Position numbers and translations under genes: made by a program
Notes under the pieces: model-generated
What the model was told of the DNA's origin: nothing
Databases searched by the model: none
The model's input: the letters and a program-made list of their open reading frames with translations, nothing else
In this document: positions 49,717-57,700 of the stretch, piece after piece
How positions within the stretch are numbered: the stretch's first letter is position 1
How the letters are laid out: each line of letters begins with the position of its first letter
Assembly (NCBI GenBank): GCA_017452475.1
Contig: JAFTMJ010000053.1
Location: 1,512-65,511, forward strand
Length of the DNA: 64,000 nucleotides
DNA from: Clostridia bacterium
Lineage (GTDB): Bacteria > Bacillota > Clostridia > Oscillospirales > CAG-272
Direction of reading: 5' to 3'

Positions 49717-51441
49717 ATGAACATTCCAAGACCTGAGCATCCCAACCCCCAATTTGAAAGAGAAAACTGGGTAAACCTAAATGGCGAATGGGAGTTTGAG
49801 CTTGACCGCGGCATAAGCGGCAGAGACAGAAAATTCTATGAAAGAGATAGCCTTGACTCGAAAATCATCGTTCCCTTCTGCCCTGAAAGCGTGCTTTCAG
49901 GCATAGGCAATACAGACTTTTTAAACTGCGTGTGGTATCTTAAAAGAATTAAGCTTAAGAAGTGCAACAAGAGGGTAATTTTGCACTTTGGCGCCGTTGA
50001 TTACGAAAGCTACATCTACATAAACAAAAAGCAGGTATACCACAACATCGGCGGTTACGTTGGCTTTGATATTGATATTACAGATTATGTTAAGATGGGT
50101 GAGGAAAACATTATTACCGTTTGCGCAATTGACACCCATCCAAGCGGAAAAGCATCCGGCAAGCAGTCGAAAAACTATTATTCAATGGGCTGTGACTACA
50201 CCCGTACAACAGGTATTTGGCAAACCGTATGGCTTGAATATGTGGAGCAAAGCTATATAAAGAGTGTAAAATACTATACCTCGGCTGAGGACAGCAGTGT
50301 TCAAATAGAGGTAGAAACCGTTGGAAACGGCGAATTTAAGGCGATTGCCACCTATAAGGGCAAGAATGTGGGCGAAAAGGCAGTTAAGCTAAAGGAGGGT
50401 ATTTCCCGCCTTACAGTAAGCCTTAGCGAGCTTCATTTGTGGGAGGCAGGCAAGGGCAGGCTTTATGACCTTGAGCTAACCTACGGTAAGGATAAGGTTA
50501 AAAGCTATTTTGGTATTCGTTCAACCGCTTTTGATAAGAAGAGCTACTTGCTAAACGGCAAGCCCCTTTATCTCCGTACAGTTCTTGACCAGGGCTTCTA
50601 CAAGAAGGGCATTTACACAGCGGAAACAGACGAGGAATTGATACAGGATATCTATTTGTCCTATGACGCAGGCTTTAACGGTGCGCGCCTCCACCAAAAG
50701 GTGTTCGAGCCAAGATTTTTATACCACTGCGATAAGCTGGGCTATCTTGTGTTTGGCGAAACAGGAAACTGGGGCTTGGACTGCTCAAATATGGAACAGC
50801 TGACTCCCTTTATGCTTGAATGGCAAAGAGAAATTGCAAGGGACTTTAACCACCCGTCAATAATTGGCTGGTGCCCGCTGAACGAAACATGGGATTATGA
50901 TTTCAGACATCAAAATGATGATTTTGTAAGGGCTATGTACTATGCAACAAAGACAATGGATACAACCCGTCCCTGCGTGGGCACAAGCGGCAACTATCAG
51001 GTTGTTTCCGATATATATGACCTACACGATTATATTCAGGGCAAGGAGGACTTTGAAAAAATATATTTAGCGCCAACTCAAGAGGAAATGCTGAATAATT
51101 ATGATAACCACCCATATCACGAATGGATAAGAAGATATCAAAAGTCAATAGACTTTAAGGATATGGCACTGTATATCAGTGAATACGGCGGTATCAGATG
51201 GGACACAGACGGTGTTGGCGGCTGGGGCTATGGCGACGGCCCTAAAACAGAGGAGGAGTTCCTTGACAGATACGAATATCTTACAAAGGCGCTAATTAAC
51301 AGCCCATATCTTTGCGGCTTCTGCTATACTCAGCTTTATGATGTGGAGCAAGAGGTTAATGGCTTGTACACATATGAAAGAAAACCAAAATTTGATATGA
51401 GGAGAATTAAAGCCATTACCCAGGCTAAAAAGGAAAAATAA
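49717..51441 (+). CDS. glycoside hydrolase family 2 protein
   Basis: GH2 sugar-binding N-terminus (LNGEWEF, GAVDYESYIYINK), Ig-like middle, TIM barrel with FNGARLHQ and acid/base WCPLNETW. Confidence 0.8.
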   Translation: MNIPRPEHPNPQFERENWVNLNGEWEFELDRGISGRDRKFYERDSLDSKIIVPFCPESVLSGIGNTDFLNCVWYLKRIKLKKCNKRVILHFGAVDYESYIYINKKQVYHNIGGYVGFDIDITDYVKMGEENIITVCAIDTHPSGKASGKQSKNYYSMGCDYTRTTGIWQTVWLEYVEQSYIKSVKYYTSAEDSSVQIEVETVGNGEFKAIATYKGKNVGEKAVKLKEGISRLTVSLSELHLWEAGKGRLYDLELTYGKDKVKSYFGIRSTAFDKKSYLLNGKPLYLRTVLDQGFYKKGIYTAETDEELIQDIYLSYDAGFNGARLHQKVFEPRFLYHCDKLGYLVFGETGNWGLDCSNMEQLTPFMLEWQREIARDFNHPSIIGWCPLNETWDYDFRHQNDDFVRAMYYATKTMDTTRPCVGTSGNYQVVSDIYDLHDYIQGKEDFEKIYLAPTQEEMLNNYDNHPYHEWIRRYQKSIDFKDMALYISEYGGIRWDTDGVGGWGYGDGPKTEEEFLDRYEYLTKALINSPYLCGFCYTQLYDVEQEVNGLYTYERKPKFDMRRIKAITQAKKEK

Positions 51442-52763
51442 TGAGTACTGTTAAAATTGATTATTCAAAAGAGATAGGCAATGTTAAGGTAATGCACGCA
51501 GTTAACAATGGCCCTGTTATTGCCGGCAAGGACCAAACAAGAGGGAACGAGCATTCATATAGAGCTGCAAGAATCCCATATGCAAGAGTGCATGACGCTG
51601 CCTTTTTCGCAGGCTACGGTGGAGAGCATACTATTGATGTTCACGCAATATTTCCAAATTTCGACGCAGATGTAAACGATCCAAATAGCTATGATTTTGC
51701 ATGCACCGACCACTATATTTCTCAAATTATTAGTGTCGGCACACAACCGTTTTATCGCTTAGGCTCTAAAATAGAGCACGGTGTAAAGAAATATGGAACA
51801 ATAATGCCACCCGATTTTCAGAAATGGGCAGAGGTGTGCGAGCATATAATCAGACACTATAATGAGGGCTGGGCAGACGGCTTTAGCTATAATATAAAGT
51901 ATTGGGAAATCTGGAACGAGCCGGATTTAGACCCGGATGATGCGGTAAATAAAAGATGCTGGAGTGGTAGCTGGGCTGAGTATATAAGATTTTATACAAT
52001 AGCCTCAAAGCACCTAAAATCTTGCTTCCCACATCTAAAAATTGGCGGACCTGCCTCTTGTGGTGATGAAAAATTTATGGAGTTGTTTTTACAGGAAATA
52101 AGCAAGGAAGAAAATGTGCCCCTTGACTTTTTATCTTGGCATTGGTATTGGACCGAGCCAAGCGATGTTTCTATCAAAGCTACTCGCATAAGAAAATTGC
52201 TTAAATTATACGGTTATGGAAATGCCGAAAGCATTTTAAACGAGTGGAACTACGTTCGCTCCTGGTCAAAGGAATTTGTATATTCAATAAAGCAAATAAT
52301 CGGTATGAAGGGTGCAGCTTTTACCTCTGCCGTTATGTGTGCAATGCAAAACAATCCGGATGTTGATATGCTTATGTATTACGATGCTCGTCCTACCGGA
52401 TTTAATGGACTTTGGGATATGTACACCTACGAGGAGCTCAAGGGCTACTACGCATTTTATACATTTGCTAACCTTTATGACCTTGGTACACAGGTAGAAA
52501 ATATCTCGGACGATGAGAATATTTATGTAGTAGCCGCTAAAAATGGAGAAGGTGTTGGTGCGGTTGTAACCTACTATACTGAAAACGATAACGAAAATAG
52601 TAAATATGTCACCATTGATGTAAATGGCTACGATATGTCAAAGGCAAAAATCTACCTCACCGATGAAAAAAGTCAATATTGCCCATACATAAAGGCTGCC
52701 TTCAAGGACGGCAAGCTGGAAATCAGACTTGAGCGTAACAGTATAATCTATATCGAAGCATAG
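51441..52763 (+). CDS. clan GH-A glycoside hydrolase (GH39-like)
   Basis: WEIWNEPD acid/base motif and a NEWN-type nucleophile region typical of GH39/GH5-like barrels. The family assignment is tentative. Confidence 0.6.
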   Translation: MSTVKIDYSKEIGNVKVMHAVNNGPVIAGKDQTRGNEHSYRAARIPYARVHDAAFFAGYGGEHTIDVHAIFPNFDADVNDPNSYDFACTDHYISQIISVGTQPFYRLGSKIEHGVKKYGTIMPPDFQKWAEVCEHIIRHYNEGWADGFSYNIKYWEIWNEPDLDPDDAVNKRCWSGSWAEYIRFYTIASKHLKSCFPHLKIGGPASCGDEKFMELFLQEISKEENVPLDFLSWHWYWTEPSDVSIKATRIRKLLKLYGYGNAESILNEWNYVRSWSKEFVYSIKQIIGMKGAAFTSAVMCAMQNNPDVDMLMYYDARPTGFNGLWDMYTYEELKGYYAFYTFANLYDLGTQVENISDDENIYVVAAKNGEGVGAVVTYYTENDNENSKYVTIDVNGYDMSKAKIYLTDEKSQYCPYIKAAFKDGKLEIRLERNSIIYIEA

Positions 52764-52776
52764 AAAGAGGCGCAAA

Positions 52777-53343
52777 ATGACAGAGCTTGAAAAAATAGAG
52801 TATGCCAAATCCTTTATTGATAAGCTGGCAAACGGAATAAATCCGTTGGATGACAGCCCCGTTCCCGAGCGTGATATTGTAAATAATGTAAGACTTTCAC
52901 GTTGCTTTTTCTATGTTTCCGATATTTTGCGTCAGGTTGTTGAAAATGGCGGAATAACAATGGAAAGAGTGGCAAAGCCAAAGAAAAAACCGTTTTCGCT
53001 GTCCCAAGAGGAGCGCGAAAGCATTAAAATCTCCGACACTCCCTTGACAATCAGCGAAATAACAAAATATTTGAATTCTCTGATAGACGAGGAAAAGACC
53101 AAAAAGATTACAACAAACGCAATAAGCAATTGGCTGGTAGAAATGGGCTTTTTGTGCGTGATAACCTACGACAACAACAAGCATAGAAAATCACCAACAG
53201 AGCAAGGCATAAAAATCGGCATTTTAACCGAAGAAAAAATGGGTCAATATGGCAAATACATAGCAGTGCTTTATTCCCGATCAGCCCAGCAATTTATCTA
53301 TGACAACTTAGATGCAATCACATCTCAAAAGGAAACTCAATAA
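52777..53343 (+). CDS. hypothetical protein (188 aa)
   Basis: ORF with a GAAAGAGG SD, 13 nt after the GH gene; no motif recognised with confidence. Confidence 0.5.
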   Translation: MTELEKIEYAKSFIDKLANGINPLDDSPVPERDIVNNVRLSRCFFYVSDILRQVVENGGITMERVAKPKKKPFSLSQEERESIKISDTPLTISEITKYLNSLIDEEKTKKITTNAISNWLVEMGFLCVITYDNNKHRKSPTEQGIKIGILTEEKMGQYGKYIAVLYSRSAQQFIYDNLDAITSQKETQ

Positions 53344-53344
53344 C

Positions 53345-53381
53345 AAAAAGGCATTTCCGCAAAACGGAAATGCCTTTTTTG
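53345..53381. terminator. bidirectional intrinsic terminator (left copy)
   Basis: AAAAAGGCATTTCCG-CAAAA-CGGAAATGCCTTTTTT. Confidence 0.8.
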
Positions 53382-53422
53382 TTGAATCAAATCAACAAAT
53401 TCAAATACCTACCGTACCTAAA

Positions 53423-53473
53423 TTAGTTGTTCTGATTCTTGATGGAATTTTCGTAAGATTCTACCATCTTCTT
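53423..53473 (-). pseudogene. orphan 3' fragment of alpha/beta-type SASP gene (last 16 codons + stop)
   Basis: Encodes KKMVESYENSIKNQNN*, identical to the C-terminus of the intact SASP at 58860-59066; no upstream SASP coding sequence. Confidence 0.85.
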
Positions 53474-53600
53474 GTCTTTATTATCATAGCAAAAGCCAGT
53501 AAAAACAATCAAATAAATTCAAGAGGTTTTAAAGTGAGTAAAAAGATTTTTGTTGTACCTTTATTGTAGCTTGAGTACATTAAATATTCAAGTTGAAAAG

Positions 53601-53662
53601 GGTGCAAAATTGGGTGAATTAGAGGTAATTTAAGGTGCAAAATAGTGCATAATGGTGCAAAA
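53601..53662 (+). repeat. three direct GGTGCAAAA motifs (iteron/operator-like)
   Basis: GGTGCAAAA at 53601, 53634 and 53654, with related GTGCATAA at 53645, inside the island about 130 bp from the left repeat. Confidence 0.6.
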
Positions 53663-53665
53663 GGT

Positions 53666-53950
53666 TTAAAGTATCTTGTACCAAAGCATGTATGTGATTT
53701 CAATTTCTTTTCTTTCAATACTACCTTTAACAACAAAGTCAACTTCCTTGCACTCTGTAAAGCTACTTTTATACTCACCTTGCTTATAAAGTATTGGATA
53801 GCAGTAGGGAATACAGTATTCTATTATCCTTTCCCATTTAGAGTTGGGATAGAGAATTAAGTCTTCACCAGAGTCAGATATAAATCCAATACCTGACTTT
53901 TTATAGCTGAAGTCATTTTCTTTTCTAAGACAGTAAGCCACTTTAATCAT
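53666..53950 (-). CDS. hypothetical protein (94 aa), island-encoded, divergent from the DUF488 operon
   Basis: ORF with a strong SD (GAAAGGAG, 8 nt before ATG); no recognisable motif. Confidence 0.55.
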   Translation of the reverse strand: MIKVAYCLRKENDFSYKKSGIGFISDSGEDLILYPNSKWERIIEYCIPYCYPILYKQGEYKSSFTECKEVDFVVKGSIERKEIEITYMLWYKIL

Positions 53951-54190
53951 CTTTATTTACTCCTTTCTTTTTAAATTTTTTATTTCGCCCGCAAAACAAA
54001 AAAGGCACAGTTATCGTTCAAAATAACTGTGTTTTTAAATATGGTAACAGATGTCAACAGCCTCTATAACCTCAAATTTAAGCAAAAGAAAATTTCTGCG
54101 TTAAAATCCTCAACTTATAGTTTTCAGCCGAAATTTCTCCTGTTTACATCTGCGATAACTGTGCCACAACACCAAAGGCGAAATAAGATA

Positions 54191-54219
54191 TTGAAAACAA
54201 TTACAATTGATGTTATACT
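54191..54219 (+). promoter_or_regulatory. sigma-A type promoter of the DUF488 operon
   Basis: TTGAAA - 17 nt - TGTTATACT (extended -10), 35 nt upstream of the first ATG. Confidence 0.55.
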
Positions 54220-54254
54220 AGTAATAGTAAGTTTTGTAAAGAGTGGGTTAATAA

Positions 54255-54869
54255 ATGGAAAATTCAATTTACACAATAGGATATACAGGCTATAGCTTAG
54301 ATGAATTTATTCAAGAATTGAAAAATAAGGGAATAAATGTTGTAATCGATGTTAGAAGTTCACCGTATTCAGAACGTTATCCTGATTACAATAGAGATAA
54401 TTTGGAATCAACATTGGCTTCAAACAGAATATATTACAGGAACTATGTAAAAGAATTTGGAGCTAGACAGGATAACAGAAATTTTTATTCTAGGGATGGA
54501 TATTTTGATTTTGAAGTTTTCGCAAAATCAGAGCAATTTTTGTCTGGTGTAGAAAAGATTAAAAATAGTGTGGCAAAGGGATATAGGGTTCTTTTCCTCT
54601 GCGCAGAAAAAGAGCCTATACAATGTCACCGAACAATATTAGTATCAAGAGCTTTTCACAAACTTGGATATAACGTCATCCACCTTAAGCCTAATAACAT
54701 AGCTATAAATCACGGTGAAATTGAAACACAACTGTTGAACATGTATTTTCCAAATAGATATCAAAGGGATATGTTTTCAAATGATGATAAAACAGATGAT
54801 GATTATTTGATAGATGCTTACAGAATGCAGAATAGAAAAATAGGATATAAGATAGAAGGGGAAGAGTAA
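54255..54869 (+). CDS. DUF488 family protein (204 aa)
   Basis: IYTIGYTGYSLDEFIQELKNKGINVVIDVRSSPYS and LFLCAEKEPIQCHRTIL match the DUF488 (YeaO-like) pattern. Confidence 0.8.
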   Translation: MENSIYTIGYTGYSLDEFIQELKNKGINVVIDVRSSPYSERYPDYNRDNLESTLASNRIYYRNYVKEFGARQDNRNFYSRDGYFDFEVFAKSEQFLSGVEKIKNSVAKGYRVLFLCAEKEPIQCHRTILVSRAFHKLGYNVIHLKPNNIAINHGEIETQLLNMYFPNRYQRDMFSNDDKTDDDYLIDAYRMQNRKIGYKIEGEE

Positions 54870-55303
54870 TGATTATTTGTACAATGGGGTTTGCTCAAAA
54901 AAATGCCAAAACATTTTTCGAATTGCTAAAAGAAAACAAAGTGGAAGCTTTAATTGATGTTAGATTAAATAATAAATCCCAATTAGCTGGTTTTACAAAG
55001 GGAAATGACCTTGAATATTTTTTACCTATACTTTGTGATTGTGAATATTATCATGAAATTGATTTTGCTCCTACAAAAGAAATACTGGATTCTTATAAAG
55101 ACAAAAAGACAACGTGGATAGAATATGAAAATGCATTTATTCCATTAATAGAAGAAAGAGGAATAAAAGCACTTTTTGATGAAAAATACAGAAAATATAA
55201 CTGTGTTTGCTTGCTGTGCAGTGAGCCAACACCGGAACAGTGCCATCGAAGATTGGTTTCAGAATATGTAGCGAAAAAGAACGACATAATCAAACACATT
55301 TAG
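54869..55303 (+). CDS. DUF488 family protein (144 aa), divergent paralog
   Basis: ICTMGFAQKNAKTFFELLKENKVEALIDVRLNNKS and CLLCSEPTPEQCHRRLV. The ATG shares its A with the upstream TAA. Confidence 0.8.
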   Translation: MIICTMGFAQKNAKTFFELLKENKVEALIDVRLNNKSQLAGFTKGNDLEYFLPILCDCEYYHEIDFAPTKEILDSYKDKKTTWIEYENAFIPLIEERGIKALFDEKYRKYNCVCLLCSEPTPEQCHRRLVSEYVAKKNDIIKHI

Positions 55304-55312
55304 GAGTATTTA

Positions 55313-57397
55313 ATGTACAAGGAAATAGTTATCTTAACCAAGTCAAAAAAGAACAATAAATATTGCGTTGCTGGTATAGAATTGAATGCAAGAAAATGGA
55401 TAAGACTTGTTACTTTTGATAAACTAAGCGACGGAGCATTAGATGATTTGGATCTTGAACTTGCAACAGGTGGTTGCGCTGAATCCCTTGATGTAGTTAG
55501 AGTATCAATTATAAAAGAAGTACCTGTTGGTTGTCAAACGGAGAACAATCTAATTGAAAGAAGAAAGAAATTATATAAGATCGGAAAAATGTCATTAAGA
55601 GAACTTTTTGACTTAGTTAATCCAATTGATAGTCCGTATATTTTTTTAAACGCCAACAGGTATTTGGATAATTTAGATGGGTTGGACTACTCCTTGGTTT
55701 TGGCAAAAGTTACGAATATGAGAGTATACTACAATGATAATGGTAAGAGAAAAGCGGATTTCCAGTATAATATCGAAACGTATGCTCAAATTAGTGTTAC
55801 AGATCCAATTTATCTTGATTTGTTTGAAGAAACAGGGACGAAAAACGAACTTTTCATTGATAAAGCTTACGTAGTTGTTAGTATACCACACAAGCCACAT
55901 AATGCAACAGGATTCTACTATAAGTTTTTAGCAAAAATTTTTCCCGTAGATGCTTTCTTTGATGAGGATGAGAAATTCGATTTTACTAAACCACATTCAA
56001 TTGACGAGATAATTGACACATTTGAATTTCCAATTCCGGTGAAAAAGAGCTTTTGGACAAGTGATTTTTACCATATAATCGAAGATGTTACCGAACGAGG
56101 AACAACAGGTGTGGATTATAAGGGCGTTTCACCGTACGGAAGAGGGAGAACGTTTAGCTTGGAAGATAGTGATCTGTATGTGTGTGATGACAAAGTTAGT
56201 TTAGTATATAAACATAAGAAAAATGAAACTGTTAATAATGACAATATAGATTTTGATTTTGAGAAAACATATACAATCAATGAAATAGTAGAACGTTTTG
56301 AATTTCCAATACCCATAAAAAGAGATATTTGGTTTAATGATTTTTACTACAACATTGAAAGCATATATAGTGATTTTACAAAAGGAACATCGTATTTATG
56401 TGGAGAGTGGGAAAGCGCTAGAAGAACCTTCAGCATAAACGATAGTGGTTTTTATGTTTGCAAGGATAAGGGACGACTAAGGATAAAAAGTACTTTCCAA
56501 AAGAATATTAAAACCAAAGAAACTGTTGAGCAAAAAAATACTGAAACGATTGAAAACAATTTGGTTTTAGATTATAAAAAAAGCTATTCATTAGAGTTTC
56601 TTTTAAAACACTTGTCTCCTCCTTTTGCGGTTAAAAAAGGAGATTGGTCACGTTCTCGTTATTTCGTAGTTAAAGGGAAATTGGGCTCTAATGCGATTGG
56701 TGATGTATATTTTAATACTCGAAAAATTCAACATGATATGTTCAACTTGCAATTGAAATTCTATTTGTGTGCTGATACGGTAATTAAAAACTCTGATGGT
56801 TTAGTTGAAGAAAAGAAAAACGTAACGGAGACGTTGGTTAAAAATAAACCAAACAAAAAAAGAGAGTTTTCTCAAAGCATGATTGAAAAAACGGGCACAG
56901 CATCAAAACCGGAAAATATGCAAAAGGAAGAGCAAACCAAATATAGCGAAATAGAGCTTTTGCAGAAAGAATTGAGCTTAAAACCTGGAGAATCTATCGT
57001 TTACGTATTAAGTGATACTGGTTGGCAAGAGGCTTTGTTTTTGGGTTTACAAAAGGTTTCTGGTGAGTATATAGCAAAAGTAAAAAAATCAGATTTTGAA
57101 ACTTCATATAGTTATCCTAGTGAGGTCGTTACTATTAATGATCGAGGACTTAAAAAAAGTGAAAGAGAAATTGAAGAAGAAAAATTAAGAAAAAAGCAAT
57201 TAAAAGAATTGAACGCGAGAATTAGAACTCAAAACGAAAATAGAATAAAAGAAGAAGCAGAAAGAACTATAAAATTTGAAGAGGAACTGAAACAGGGAAA
57301 AAGTTCATATGGCAGTGGAACTGATATTAATCATGTGTTAAGGTGTGATGGTATTTGTTCTAATTGCAAAAGGTGCGAAGATTGTCTAAAGGGATAA
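55313..57397 (+). CDS. 694-aa multi-domain protein of unknown function (N-terminal domain, 3 tandem ~80-aa repeats, coiled coil, C-terminal Cys cluster)
   Basis: AGGAG SD; starts 9 nt after the DUF488-2 stop. Internal repeats at aa 222-300, 313-392 and 418-493. KE-rich heptad-like segment at aa 614-662. C-terminal CDGICSNCKRCEDC. Confidence 0.8.
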   Translation: MYKEIVILTKSKKNNKYCVAGIELNARKWIRLVTFDKLSDGALDDLDLELATGGCAESLDVVRVSIIKEVPVGCQTENNLIERRKKLYKIGKMSLRELFDLVNPIDSPYIFLNANRYLDNLDGLDYSLVLAKVTNMRVYYNDNGKRKADFQYNIETYAQISVTDPIYLDLFEETGTKNELFIDKAYVVVSIPHKPHNATGFYYKFLAKIFPVDAFFDEDEKFDFTKPHSIDEIIDTFEFPIPVKKSFWTSDFYHIIEDVTERGTTGVDYKGVSPYGRGRTFSLEDSDLYVCDDKVSLVYKHKKNETVNNDNIDFDFEKTYTINEIVERFEFPIPIKRDIWFNDFYYNIESIYSDFTKGTSYLCGEWESARRTFSINDSGFYVCKDKGRLRIKSTFQKNIKTKETVEQKNTETIENNLVLDYKKSYSLEFLLKHLSPPFAVKKGDWSRSRYFVVKGKLGSNAIGDVYFNTRKIQHDMFNLQLKFYLCADTVIKNSDGLVEEKKNVTETLVKNKPNKKREFSQSMIEKTGTASKPENMQKEEQTKYSEIELLQKELSLKPGESIVYVLSDTGWQEALFLGLQKVSGEYIAKVKKSDFETSYSYPSEVVTINDRGLKKSEREIEEEKLRKKQLKELNARIRTQNENRIKEEAERTIKFEEELKQGKSSYGSGTDINHVLRCDGICSNCKRCEDCLKG

Positions 57398-57496
57398 AAA
57401 GGTGAATGAATTTGATTTAATTGATTGTTTCAGAAAAAACGAAAAATAAAGTAAACTTTAGAATTACAAAAACAAGCAAGTACATACTGCAATAAA

Positions 57497-57525
57497 ATAG
57501 GGCTATTAATTTAGCCCTTTTTCTT
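57497..57525 (+). terminator. intrinsic terminator after the three-gene operon
   Basis: AGGGCTA-TTAATT-TAGCCCT followed by TTTTCTTT. Confidence 0.6.
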
Positions 57526-57623
57526 TACTTTCGTATCAAGACAAGCACACGCCCACGACACAAAGTAGAAAATCGGTATGGTTTTGGTCCTTTTGGGCTT
57601 TGTTCGTTTTTTTTGAATTATTA

Positions 57624-57652
57624 TTGACTTGAATAATCTAATGTGATAAAAT
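57624..57652 (+). promoter_or_regulatory. sigma-A type promoter of the HipA-like kinase gene
   Basis: TTGACT - 17 nt - TGATAAAAT. Confidence 0.5.
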
Positions 57653-57700
57653 AAACTATAATGATGGTACACTAAATTGGCTAAAAAGGAGGGAGTATTG

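Larger units (their letters stand above)
53342..53473. repeat. left direct repeat (attL-like)
   Basis: Near-identical to 58779-58910; contains a terminator hairpin plus an orphan SASP 3' end. Confidence 0.9.

Noticed and set aside
57344-57385. CX3CX2C in the C-terminal tail of the 694-aa protein as a radical-SAM motif
   Set aside because: The motif sits in the last 17 residues with no TIM-barrel-like sequence, GGE motif or SAM-binding elements after it. A small zinc or Fe-S knuckle is more likely.
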